Position numbers and translations under genes: made by a program. Under the pieces are notes generated by a model. The model made no database searches. It was given only the letters and a program-made list of their open reading frames with translations, and was not told where the DNA came from. Below, piece by piece: positions 11,481 to 24,935 of a stretch of 64,000 nucleotides of DNA. The stretch lies in the NCBI RefSeq assembly GCF_009914755.1, contig NC_060930.1; one strand, written 5' to 3'. Numbering within the stretch: the stretch's first letter is position 1; each line of letters starts with the position of its first letter. The stretch is from the human T2T-CHM13v2.0 reference genome, Homo sapiens.

Positions 11481-13597
11481 CTAAGTCCATGATTCTTAAA
11501 AAGATGAGTTAATTTTTTGAAAAAGATATGAAATTAGGTTGAGGTTCTACTTTTAATTTAATATTTGCCTACACTTGTCCAGTTTCTCTAGTAACTATTG
11601 TTGAAGAGGCTATTCCTCCTCCATTGAATTGTTTTTTTCATCTTGATGAAAAATCAGTTGGACATATTTTTATGGATCTAATTCTATGTTCTCTATTCTG
11701 TTCCATTGATCTATGTATTTATTTCTCCAGCAATACCATACTGCTGTAACTATAGAGTAAGGCTTAACATCACATAGAGTTTCACTTTATTTTTATTCTT
11801 GAAATTGTTTTAGCAATTCTTGGTCTCTTGCCTTTCCATATAGTTTCAGTTGCCTGTGCTTTCCATATAGTTTTAGCTGCCTATATTTTTTCATATAGTT
11901 TTAGAATAAGCTTATCTATGTCTACAAAAATTATTGGTAAAAGTTTGATAGGAATTACATTAAATCTATGACCCCAGTTGAGAAGAATTGACATCTTTAC
12001 TATGTTAGGTCTTCTGATGCATGAACGTGCTATGCATCTTCACAGATCTTACTTAGGTCTTCCTTGATTTATTTCATCAGCATTTTATAATTTAAGAATA
12101 CTTATTCTTTACATGTTTTGTTAGGTTTTGTTACATTTTATTTCTTTGAGGTCATTATAAATTGTATTGTGTTTTAAATTTTAGCTTCCACGTTTGTCAC
12201 TCGTATTTAGAAATATGATTGATTTTTGCATGTTTATCTTGTACGCTGCATCCTTGCTAAACTCACTTGTTAGTTCCACAGGATTTTGTTATGTTTTTTT
12301 AGATCTCTTGGGATTTTCTATGTCAATAATCATTATCTGCAAAATGATGCAATTTCACTTCTTTTCATTCTGTATACCTTGTTTTTTTTTTTTTTTTGTC
12401 TTATTATTGTGGCTCAAACTCCTAGTGTTATGTTGATTGAATAAGAGTGATGGGAGCAATTATTTCGCTTTATTTCTAATCAAGTTGAAAAAGTTTTCTT
12501 CTATTAGTAGTTTTCTGAGAATGTTTACCATGGATGGGTATCTTTTTTATTACCATTTTTAAGCTACTTTTATTGCCTGTTAGTTTGTTAAGAGGTGGCT
12601 GATAAGAGTAAAGCAAGTCCACTTTAGGCATGTGTATTAGACAAAACAGCACTATTTTTATTTTAATCTTCCACTTTTAAATGACAAAATACTGAATTTA
12701 ACAACTGAAAGGACATGAAAAATGTCCTTTCAAGTTAGAATGTAGACAAAAAATTGGAGCCAGAAACTCAAAGCCTGGAAGGAAATTTAAATTATAAGCA
12801 AACATTAAAGTGTAAGCATATATGTACAGTTAAAACTATAATAAAATGAACATGTATGTAACCAACAGAGGAAGAACATTCCAGCACCCTAGAAAGCCAC
12901 CTTCCTGTTCCTGCATTTTTCCTCTCCCTTAGAGATAGACATTATTCAGGTGTCACTGGGTAGTATTGCCTTGTTTTTCTTTATATATATCCTTATACAG
13001 TGCAGCTTAGTTTCATGACCTTAATTTTTATACTCTTTAGGCAAGATATAATAGTACATAAATTTATTGTTCTTTTGTTACTATCACCAATCTTACCTAT
13101 GAGTTATAAAGTAAGACAGGAATAATTAACTGAAAGCAGGCGCTATCATGAACAACAAACTTCTTCCATCTTAAATTCTGATCTGGTCAATCTTTCATTG
13201 AAGTAGACATGCCAAGGTCACCAGTAGTGAAGATACCTTGATAAAATCTTTTAAATTTCTCTGTCCTCCCCTTCTTGAAGCTATTAAAGGGGAGGACATA
13301 TCAAAAGGAGGAAAAAGAAAAGCATGCAGGTAATTTATGAACTGAGCTGTCCATTCCAACTTATATTGACTATAATTTCTTATCTGCTTATTCTTTTCTT
13401 TGAAGAGAGAATCTCCCTTGCTGCAAAGACCTAGGGTGGTGCCAGAAACATAGTGGTGATTTAATAAGTATTTTTATGATGCTGTTGATAAAACTCTGTA
13501 CTGTTAGAGAACTCTTCCTAAAGAGCCACCTTCAATATACTCCAGTTCTAAAGTTTTATTGTTGCTATTACTCCCTGGCTCAAGAACTTATAGTGAC

Positions 13598-14063
13598 TGT
13601 GATGGTTTAACTTATGTGTCCGGTTGGCTGGGCCATGTTAACCCGCCTTTTGATCAATCTCAGTCTCGATGTTGCTGTGAAGGCATTTTCTAGATGAGAT
13701 AAACACTTAAGTCAGTAGACTTTGAGTAAAGCAGATGGGCTTCTATAGTGGTCGAGCCTCATCCAGTCAGCGGAAGGCCTTGAGAGGAGAAAGGATTCTG
13801 CCTCCATAGGGGCTTCGAACTCAGGACTGCAACATCAACTTTTCCCTGAGTCTATGGCCTGCTGGCTTGCCCTGCAGATCTTAGACTTGCCAGCCTCCAA
13901 TACTGCATGAGCTAGTGCCTTGATAGTATTCTCCCTCGTCTCCCTCCCCCCATATACGTTATACACACACAAACACGCACGCACACACACATATATGTAA
14001 TTTACTCATCTACATATACACATACTATTGGTTTTATTTTTCTGGATGACTGCAGATAACATA
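13598..14063 (+). mobile_element. MLT2B-like ERVL solo LTR inserted in an L2 fragment
   Basis: TGTGATGGTT start; GTCAGTAGACTTTGAGTAAAGCAGAT; CCTGCAGATCTTAGACTTGCCAGCCTCC; 5-bp TSD GTGAC at 13593-13597 and 14064-14068. Confidence 0.85.
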
Positions 14064-14303
14064 GTGACTCCCTGTTGCTGCTCATAAAAACCTGACTTTG
14101 TTTCCTGGAGTCTGAGACTCACCACAGTTGGGTCTGACCTCACACATGTAGCTGTATGAACCTCTACTCTCTACTCAGTTCTATTCTGGTCATGCATAGC
14201 TTTTCATGGACCAGCATTCAGTTCCTACCTCGATGGGCCATTATTCTGTGGATGGAATACCTTCCTTTCTCTTGCTCTGAGCAAACTCCTACCCATCCTC
14301 TGT

Positions 14304-14399
14304 AGTGTTAGTTCAATTCCGTATCCTCTGTGATTATATCTAACACGGTCAAGAGTTAGTTCAATTTCATATCCTCTGTGATTATATCTAACACGGTCA
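14304..14399. repeat. 48-bp tandem duplication (2 copies)
   Basis: GTTAGTTCAATT..TATCCTCTGTGATTATATCTAACACGGTCA at 14307 and 14355. Confidence 0.92.
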
Positions 14400-15904
14400 T
14401 CCACAGTGACATCTAGCTTTCTAGTCCTCTTTGGTCCCCCATTTAGACCTCCATCAGAAGTTATAGACAAGCCTGGTCTGTGCCAGGGAACATGCCAGAT
14501 GCTGGGGAAACCGAAATGTGGTATCTCTTGCAGGATCTCATAGCTTGGGGGCCGAGGCAGCTGCCTGACTAGTTGTAACACAGTGTGATGGAGTGGTGGG
14601 TAGGAGGAGACAGGAGCCTGGCAGCCTGGCAGCGGCGGAAGCACTGATCAGTCGAAGGAAGTGGAATAGCAGAAATGTTAGTCAGAGATTTTCTGAGAGC
14701 CAAATTCAGGGAAAAGCCAGCCCATTCTCAAGTTTAATGAGTCCTAGACAACCTGAAAACAAAAGTGTGACCCGCGGACCTGGTAGGCAAAAGACCCTTC
14801 CCCTAGGGACAGGCATGCTGGAAGGGTTGAGTCTGGGCAAATGTGAAAATAACACATAACAAGAACTGTCCCTTTCCACTGGGACAAAGACAAGGAATTG
14901 AGGGCCAGAAACCCAGCGCCTGGAGGGAAGCGGAAATTCTAGACATGTGCCAAACTGTGCCAGGGAGCCCAGGGAACCTCTCTCTGTGATTTGTCTCAGC
15001 TCAAAGCCATTTGTGCCCTCAAATGCTGGAGGAGGCGTTCTTTACCCATTCCAAACACCCATGGGCTGCGCTGGAGTGAGCAGGGCACAGGGTGGGTTTT
15101 TTGGGCTAAGGGAAGCAAAAAAGCCCCAGATAGCATGTCCGTATGGCCAACGCCCAACAGTGCACGGTTACGTGCCTCACAGAGTACAGACTTCTCATGG
15201 GGTCCACTGTGTCTTTTGCTACCATCCTTGCCCTCAAGGAGTGAAGGTGCTCGACATTTTAGGACAGGAGAAAATAGGAGCACAAAAACAGTGTGATTTT
15301 AAGAAGAAGAGCTGGCTGAGCTGGCGGCCACTTTGGAGCAGGGGCTCCCAAGCTGGCCTTCTCGGGTGCAAGGCTGATATTGCAGACCTTCCAGATCTCC
15401 AGGCACCGACTCGCGCAGCTTGAGCAAAGACAAGCTCGGTGGTACACATGCCCCACAGTGGGTTAAGGCAAAACTGTTTGGTTGGTGTTTGGTAGGCTAG
15501 TTGGCATTCTGCTCAGCACAGCACGTATAACTTCAATCACTGTAAATATTTCTAATCCCTGCTGGCTAATCAGGAGTCCTGCAATGCCTAGTTCCCCTCC
15601 TCTCTGCTGCCTGCAGAGAACCAATAATGCAATTCCTACCTCCCCACAGTGTCTCAGTCCACGCCCACTTCTACGCAGGTGCTTTTTATTGTGCCCCCAA
15701 CTCTGTCAACAGTTAAACTTTTTTCTGAAACTCAGGACTAGCAAGATCTGCCCATGTGTTTCCTTCAGTCTCCTGTGGAGCGGGCCGCCTTGGCAGGGAG
15801 CCTCGGGATGGGGAGGGCTCGGGGGACAGCACCTGGGTCCAGTTGGCATGCTGAGCACATGGCTCTCTCCAGATGACTGGGCTGAGGGCAACTTGGTGGA
15901 GATG

Positions 15905-16850
15905 GGTGTATTTGTGTGTTTTGTGTGTGTGTGTGTATGGATTTATGTGTCTGTAGGTGCATGTATTAGTGTTTCCATGTATGTGTGTGTAGTATGTGTT
16001 TATATGTATATGTATATTTGTGTGTGTATGTGTGTGAATGTGTTTATGTGTATTTGTTTCTATATCTGTGTGTAGTGAGTTTATGCATATATGTGCTTGT
16101 GTGTACATGTGTGTTTGTGTGTGACTGTTTATGCATATTTGTTTCTACGTGTGTAGTGTGTGTATGTATGTGTACATGCATGTGTGTATATGTGTGTTTG
16201 TGTGAATGTGTTTGTGTATTTTTTCTGTGTGTGTAGTGTGTATTTGTGTTTATGTGTACATGCATCTGTGTATATGTGTTTGTGAATGTGTTTATGTGTA
16301 TTTGTTTCTATGTATGTCTGTGTGTATGTGTGTTTATGTGTAATGCATGTGTGTATGTGTGTTTGTGACTGTGTGTATTTGTTTCTATGTCTGTGGGTCT
16401 GTGTGTAATGCGTTTGTATGCGCGTGTTTCCATATATATGTATGTGTGTGTGAATGTGTTTATGCACATTTGTTTCTATATCTCTGTGTAGTGTGTGTGT
16501 ATGTGTGTTTATGTGTAATGCATGTGTGTGTGTGTTTGTGTGACTGTGTTTATGTATTTGTTTCTATGTGGGTCTGTGTGTAGTGTGTGTGTATGTGTGT
16601 GTTTCTGTATATATGTATGTTTGTGTGTGTGTGAATGTGTTAATGCACATTTGTTTCTATGTGTGTAGTGTGTGTGTGTGTATGTGTAATGCATGTGTGT
16701 ATGTGTGTGTTTGTGTGACTGTGTTTATGTGTATTTGTTTCTATGTCTGTGTGTCTGTGTAGTGTGGGTCCGTGTGTATGTGTGTGTTTCTGCATGTACA
16801 TGTATGTGTGTGTGTATGTGTATTTGTGTTTCTGTGTATGTCTGTGTGTG
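15905..16850. repeat. TG-rich complex repeat with ~85-bp higher-order unit
   Basis: TTTGTTTCTA-type anchor at 16053, 16138, ~16219, 16301, 16378, 16469, 16557, 16650, 16734. Confidence 0.88.
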
Positions 16851-16994
16851 AAACGTCTCCTGTTTCTTTAGGGACATCGGGCGGTTTTCTCTCTTGGCTG
16901 CCCTGCAGGCTTCTGATGAAATGCCTGGTGTTAGACCATGCTCCTTCACTTATCTGAGCACATGGGGTGCCCTTTCGATCTAGAAACAAGCTTT

Positions 16995-17462
16995 CCATGC
17001 CTGGGAGATTTTCCGAGGTCACTCCTGCCCCTGTGGTGACCTTGGGTGGTCCCTCCCCTGGGTATGGGCCGTACTTTAGTGACTCACTCCTGATGAGTGG
17101 AATACAGCAAAATGGCAGGTGTTACGGTTGAGTTTAGGTCATAGAAAGACTGTGGCTTCTGTCTTGGGTGCTTTTCCTGCTTGCTGTTGGGCCTCTTGGC
17201 CTGGGGGAAGCCAGCGGCCATCTGGGAGGCAATGCTATGGCAAGGCCACATGGTGAGGGACTAGGCCTCAGGAGTGCCCACCCCGTCAGGCCCTGGGACA
17301 AGAGCACAGCCCCAGTCAGTGTGTGAGCTGCTGCCTGGAGCCAGAGGATCCGCAGGGGCGACACCTGTTCTCCGTCCACAGAAACTCAGGTAATAAATGC
17401 CTGTTTTTTCCAGCTGCTAAGGTTTGGGGTAATTTGTGATGCAGAAAAATGTAACTGATGCA
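16995..17462 (+). mobile_element. MLT1F-like MaLR LTR, followed by MaLR internal sequence (~17463-18160, interrupted by Alu)
   Basis: TTAGTGACTCAC..AAAGACTGTGGCTTCTGTCTTGGGTGC..GGAAGCCAGC..GGCCACATGGTGAGG..TTTGGGGTAATTTG; then GGTACCTGGAAGTGAGGTGCTGC, typical of the MLT1-int start. Confidence 0.75.
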
Positions 17463-17719
17463 GAGATCGGTACCTGGAAGTGAGGTGCTGCCAAGACGAC
17501 CCCTACAATATAAAAGAACCCTTGAAACCAGGGAGTAGGTGGAAGGTGAGGAATTGCAGGAATTCTGGGGAGTGTGCTGGTGAGAGCTTAGACCCCAGCA
17601 CACACTCTTCATGGAATTCTGGACTTCCAGGAGGCAGCAGGAGGAAGCTTTCAGGAAAGTCAGGGAAATCTTATTTTTCTGGAGGAAGGGGGGCCTGGTT
17701 AACAAGTGGCAGACGTTCA

Positions 17720-18169
<450 letters not shown>

Positions 18170-18370
18170 TCATTTGTCTCTCTCCTTTCTTGGGGAAGGC
18201 ATGTTGGATGGAACTGGCTGCTCTGCAGGAAAGGTCCTGAGTGGAAAGGTGAGTGCCACTCTCGATCTGGCTCAGGGTTTTGACTTCTCATATTTCTTTC
18301 AAAGTTGGTGATAGTTTCATTGTTTTTTCTCTTGAGCAGCACCATCCAAGGACCCGATATTTCCAGGAAG

Positions 18371-19307
18371 TCTTTGGAACCCCTAACCCCTAGCTGTCCC
18401 CTGTCTTCTCTTCGGAACCCCTAGCTGTCCCCTCTCTTCTCTTTGGAACCCTAGCTGTCCCCTCTCTTCTCTTCGGAACCCCTAGCTGTCCCCCTCTCTT
18501 CTCTTTGGAACTCCTAGCTGTCCCCCTCTTCTCTTCGGAACCCCTAGCTGTCCCCCTCTCTTCTCTTTGGAACCCCTAACTGTCCCCTCTCTTCTCTTCG
18601 GAACCCCTAGCTGTCCCCTCTCTTCAGAACCCCTAGCTGTCCCCCTGTCTTCTCTTCGGAACCCCTAGCTGTCCCCCTCTCTTCTCTTCGGAACTCCTAA
18701 CTGTCCCCTCCTCTTTGGAACTCCTAACTGTTCCCTCTCTTCTCTTTGGAACCCCTACCTGTTCCCTCTCTTCTCTTCGGAACCCCTAGCTGTCCCCTCT
18801 CTTCTCTTTTGAACCCCTACCTGTCCCCTCTCTTCTCTTCGGAACCCCTAGCTGTCCCTCTCTCTTCTCTTTGGAACCCCTACCTGTCCCCTCTCTTCTC
18901 TTTGGAACCCCTAGCTGTCCCCTCTCTTCTCTTTGGAACCCCTAGCTGTCCCCCCTCTTCTCTTCGGAACCCCTACCTGTCCCCCTCTCTTCTCTTCGGA
19001 ACCCCTAGCTGTCCCCCTCTCTTCTCTTTGGAACCCCTACCTGTCCCCTCTCTTCTCTTCGGAACCCCTAGCTGTCCCCTCTCTTCTCTTTGGAACCCCT
19101 ACCTGTCCCCTCTCTTCTCTTCGGAACCCCTAGCTGTCCCCCTCTCTTCTCTTTGGAACCCCTACCTGTCCCCTCTCTTCTCTTCGGAACCCCTAGCTGT
19201 CCCCCTCTCTTCTCTTCAGAACCCCTAGCTGTCCCCCTCTCTTCTCTTCGGAACCCCTAGCTGTCCCCACCTCTTCTCTTCGGAACCCCTAGCTGTCCCC
19301 TCTCTTC
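18371..19307. repeat. Pyrimidine-rich VNTR, ~31-bp unit (GGAACCCCTAGCTGTCCCCTCTCTTCTCTTC), ~30 copies
   Basis: Directly visible array with TAGC/TACC/TAAC and TTC/TTT unit variants. Confidence 0.96.
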
Positions 19308-20614
19308 ACTTTGCTCTCTGCCCCGTCCACTCTGGGGAAGCCTCAGCTTCCCTCTCCTCTCTTCAGGTCCCCACTCCCTTTTGGGCCTGTGTGGTGAGGG
19401 GGACGGGCGGAGCTGGAGGATGAGCAGGAGGGAGGAGGGAGGCTGCCTCTCCTGTCCTCCTTCCGGCAGGCTTGCTCCTGTGCACACTAGGGCTCTCTCC
19501 CCAGTCTCTGGCTTCTTGGGTCTGCTTGAGTCTTTGCCTCTCACAGGAGAGGCTGTCCTCAAATGTCTGGTGACTGCTGGTGTGTGCTCCTACGTAAGGG
19601 AGACAAGATGCCGCTGCTTGGTGGCTCTAACTGTGTGGCGAGGTTTGTGGACTGAGTTCTTGCCATCGAGGAGCCTGGCTGCAGCGTCCTTGTGGGAATC
19701 CCATTGTCACCATCTTCACCCTGATCCTTTTGTGGCAGCTGGACCCAACTGCGTCGTGGATTTTCCCTCTGCTATCTAAGTCGCTTCCTACTGTCTGTCT
19801 GCTTTCCAGCTTCTGGAATTTTCTTGCACATTGTCTCCTTGTCTTTTTCCTTTTTCCTTGTCCCTTTACGCCTTTAAAGCCTCCTCACACTTGCTTTGCA
19901 GGCATGTTGCAGGGGAGGAAGGTTTGTACCCACCTCTCATCATTGCTGGGAGAAATCTCAATGTGGTTTAGGTTCTTCTTTTGTTTCTCTTTAATTTTTT
20001 GATGGTTTTGTATTTCTGTTTGGCTTTGTGGGGGTTTAGTGAATAGACATTTTTCTTATTTTGAACAAAAATAATAAACTGAGATATAAAACGAGCCCAT
20101 TACTAGCTATTACCATTGTTCCAACTGCAGAGAGCACACATTTCCAATTTTCTGAATTAAAACATGCTCATTTCTCTTGATATTTTAGCACCTCTGAGGT
20201 GAGGGTGACTTAAAGACACTTGCAAGAAAGTATTGAGTCATAATTTAACTGGAGGTATTTTTTTCTTTTTGTACTGCTAGATAAAATAATGGCATGCTTC
20301 CTATAGATGTTTCATATATAGTCCAATATTTTACAGGTGGAAAATGAATTAGGAAAAAAACAGTCACAAAATGACCTGACAGATTCTTAAAATAATAACA
20401 AAATTCTAAAAATGAATAAAGGGCTGAAAATTGCCTCCAATGATCCAAATTACCAGTCTGAATAATACACAAAAAATAAAATATCCCAATTATTTTGGCT
20501 ACATAGTTCCAACCACACTTTCCTGTAGGCCAGCATTGCAAATTATATGCAGTCAGAAGGGCCAAGCCTTCATGCAGCCTGACTCCCTGAATTTAACATG
20601 AGGCAGAGGAATAG

Positions 20615-20896
<282 letters not shown>

Positions 20897-22629
20897 TAAT
20901 CACCTTTCCATGTGTCATGTGGAAGTACTTGGCACGTGTCTTGCTGTATTGTATGTGGTACAGTGGTGTGATTATTAAACTTGGTTCTGTTGTTCAAAAA
21001 AGCACTTGGAGATGCTCAAGCATGTACAGGAATGAATAATGACTTAGGAGATAGAGGAAAGAGGTTCCGAGTGCTCAAACAAAGAGACTTACTGAGGGCA
21101 GATAAGCCAGGAAGCAGCAGACAGGTGCTGTGTAATTTTCCACCTTCCCCTCTGCCAGCGCCTCCAGCCATGCAGGGCCTGGCACGCCTGCACCTACCTG
21201 TCCAGGGCCCCTGGGGCACAGACATGCTGCCCACCCCCCAGCCGTGCACATCCTACGTGCACCCTTGTGAGCTGTGGACACATCGTGGGCATCTGGCATA
21301 GCCAAGGATGCCCCTCTGTGAGCTACAGGAGAAGAGCCTGTGTGCACGGCATCCCTGGAGCTGGCCTCTGCAGAAACGCCATTAGCTTCAGTGCTCTTGT
21401 GGCTAAATTACTTTACAGGCATCAAAGAATAAATCCGATTTTATTTGGGCAAGCATCTGGACATATAGAAATAGTAATAAAATGTCCAAAATAATATAAC
21501 TGAATCTCCACCTTAGGGCACTGTTTTATAGAGGGGAAAGGAGCTAAGGAATTTGCCCAGGATGGGGGCAAAACTAGCCAAGACCAAGGAGATGATGGCT
21601 TCCCATGTTAAAGCCAGAGGAGGCTGCTGGGATTAAGAGGAAGTAAAGTCAGTTGATGATGGATGATGGTTCCACGAAGGATGTAAAATCCCATTGGCGC
21701 TGTAAGGTCAAGGGACAAATGTCTTTTTTGTTGCTGTTTCCATTACTACGAAGCCCAGGCACTATGCTATTTGTCTGAAATACCTAAGGATTTTTCTCTT
21801 TGTATGATTCATTTTAATACTCAGCTTAGGGCTGAGGGAGGAGGGCAGCAGTGGAGGGTTAATGGCATGCCGTCCTGGCCTGTGTGTTGTGCTAGGGAAG
21901 AGAGGCAAGAGGAGGAAAAACTGCTGAAGGTGATCAAAGCTTTCTTTATTAGAGTATCTTCTTACGTTGCTTTCTGCCGGTATAAATTGTACCTGTGTGG
22001 TCCATACTACCCCAGAGTATTCCTGGCAAGCTTTCTGTTGCTATTTTAAAACTGTTTTTTCTTTAAAGGTGGTCTCACATGAAGAAAGGAGGGGAAGGAC
22101 CCCTAGATTGACTTAACAAGGAGCAAAAATTCAAACAGTTTAGATTGTCTGAGTTTAGAATAAGATGCCTCCTGTAAATTTTACCAGATCTCCTTCTCTT
22201 TCCACGAACACATCCTGTGCCTTAATGAGCCTTGGCAGTGGTCAGCCTTTATTAGCTCTGCCACTGATAGATTCTGCAAGTTCCATATGCTAATGAAAGT
22301 TGTTTCCTGAGTGGAAAGGCTAACATGGCCCCTGGATATTATTACAAATAGACTTCAGTAAACTTGGGCTATGTATAACAGCAGTGGCAACGTGTTTCGA
22401 CCTGAGGTAAGACTGGTTGTTTAGATAGACCATATCTCCAACACCAGAACTACATCCTTTCAGAATAGCACAAGCATCTCCCGTCAACTTTACGGGGACA
22501 GTTTTCACTGTAAATGTAGCAGTCTTGTGTTTGGCTTTGTGAAAAAGAGCTTTCTTTGGAAACATTATCTTGGGATTGAAGCATTACCAGTAAGTCAGAA
22601 CCAGTTGTGAAGGGCTTTCTCCTTTGGTC

Positions 22630-22783
22630 TGGTGGTGGATCTTAAACACTATGCAGAAGGCTGAGTTAGTGAATGAGTGTGTGTTTCTGTACATGTGCAC
22701 ACACACATTTCTTAGTGAAATGGCCCATGGTTTTCATCATACCTCAAAAAGGTATATGGTTTCAAAAAGTTTAAGAACTGATT
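22630..22783 (+). mobile_element. hAT-Charlie-type DNA transposon relic
   Basis: CCATGGTTTTCATCATACCTCAAAAAGG..AAAAAGTTTAAGAAC resembles Charlie-family 3' termini. Confidence 0.45.
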
Positions 22784-22904
22784 ATCTTGACATCAGGCAG
22801 GAGATTCTGGACCCCAAACTTTTTCTCACTCTAGTTCACGATTCTTCAGTAGTTTCTGAGATGGAGAATATTGGAGGGTACAGATCCTGGACACCAAACT
22901 GAAA

Positions 22905-23055
22905 ACTGCGTTGAATTCTGCTCCTACCGCTTCCTAGCTGTGTAAATCTGGGCAAGTTCTGTAATCTCCCAGGATCTTATTACTCATCTGTAAAATAACC
23001 ATTTTGTAGAGTTTCCATGAAAGTTAGATAATGTGTATAAAACACCCATCACATT
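22905..23055 (+). mobile_element. MIR
   Basis: CTAGCTGTGTAAATCTGGGCAAGTT..CTCATCTGTAAAAT core. Confidence 0.7.
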
Positions 23056-23085
23056 CCAACCATCTATTAAAAATTTCCATAAAGT

Positions 23086-24548
23086 GGAGACATCATATTA
23101 CCTGACTTCCAACTATACTATAAGGCTACAGTAACCCAAAGAGTATGGTACTGTCACAAAAACAGATACACAGACCAAGGTACAAAACAGAGGGCCCAAA
23201 AATACAGCCACATACCTTCAACCATCTGATCTTCAACAAAGTCAACAAAAATAAGCAGTGGAGAAAGGATTCCCTGTTCAGTAAGTGGTGATGGAATAGC
23301 TGGCTAGCCATGTGTAGAGGATTAACACTCGACCCCTACCTTTCACCATATACAAAAATTATCTCAAGATGGATTAAATATTAAATGAAAGACCTCAAAC
23401 TATAAAAATCCTAGGAGAAAATGTAGGAAACACCATTCTGGATATCAGTCTTGGCATAGAATGTGTTACTAAGTCCTCAAAAGCAATTGCAACAAAAAAA
23501 TTGGCAAGTGGGACCTAATTAAACTAAAGAGCTTCTGCACGCAAAAGAAACGATCAGCAGAGTGGACAGACAACCCATAGAATGGGAGAAAATATTTGCA
23601 AACTATGCATGGGACAAAGGTCTAATATCCAGAGTCTGAAGGCACTGAAACAACGCAATAAGCAAAAGAACAACCCCGGTAAAAAGTGGGCAAAGGACAT
23701 GAACAGACACTTCTCAAAAGAAGACATGCGAGAAGCCAACAAACATATTAAAAAATGCTCAGCATCATTGATCATCAGAGAAATGCAAATCAAAACCACA
23801 ATGAGATACCATCTCCCACCAGTCAGAATGGCTATTATTAAAAAGTCAAAAAGCAACAGATCCTGCTGAGGCAGCAGAGAAAATGGAATGTTTATACACT
23901 GTAGGTGGGAATGTAAATTATTTCAGCCACTGTGGGAAGAAGTTTGGGGATTTCTCAAAGAACTAAAAATAGAACTCCCATTCGATCCAGCAATCCCATT
24001 ACTGGGTATGTATCCAAAGGAAAATAAACCATCTACAAAAAAGACACAAGCCCTTGTATGTTAATTGCATCACCGGTCACAATTGCAAAGACATGGAATT
24101 AACCTAGGTGCCCATCAGTAGTGGACTGGACAAGGAAAATGTAGTACATAGACACCACGGAATACTATGTAGCCACAAAAGAACGGAAGCATGTCCTTTG
24201 CAGCAACATAGATGCAACTGGAGGCCATGAACCTAAGTGAATTAATGCAGGAACAGACATGCAAATACTGGATGTTCTCACTCATAAGCGGGAGCTAGAC
24301 ACTGGGTACACATTGAGATAAAGAAGAAATGAGACACTGGGTACACACAGAGATAAAGAAGGAACAGTAGACACCAGGGCCTGCTAGAAAGGTGGGGCAG
24401 GGAACAAGGGCTGATAAAACTGCTTATTGGGTGCTATGCTCACTCTCTGCGTCTTTCATACCCCAAACCTCAGAGTCACACAATATGTCCATGTCACAAA
24501 CCTGCACGTGTGCCCCCGAGTCTAAAATAAAAGCTGAAATTATTTTTT
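23086..24548 (+). mobile_element. 5'-truncated L1 (old L1PA/L1PB, about L1PA15-16)
   Basis: ORF 23582..23869 [38 protein letters not shown] is L1 ORF2; ends CTAAAATAAAAG; putative TSD AAAAATTTCCATAAAGTG / AAAAATTTGCCACAAAGTG; internal 35-bp duplication at 24297-24366. Confidence 0.92.
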
Positions 24549-24621
24549 AAAAATTTGCCACAAAGTGCCTGAAAAGTATTATCATAAAAATTGTCCTCAG
24601 GCATCTTAAGAAGGAAGAAGA

Positions 24622-24935
<314 letters not shown>

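Larger units (their letters stand above)
10830..12545 (-). mobile_element. Old L1 (L1M-type) fragment interrupted by MLT1A and MER85
   Basis: GGATCATGCTTTTGGTGTT, CCATTGAATTG, CTCTATTCTGTTCCATTGATCTATG, GAATTGACATCTTTACTATG are antisense L1 ORF2-region motifs. Confidence 0.8.

Noticed and set aside
15482-17022. Cys/Val- and His/Thr-rich ORFs
   Set aside because: Translations of the TG/CA repeat tract.
23554-23869. ORF with L1 ORF2 C-terminal similarity (also 8691-8879 and 58922-59454)
   Set aside because: Fragments of truncated, frameshifted L1 copies; not functional genes.
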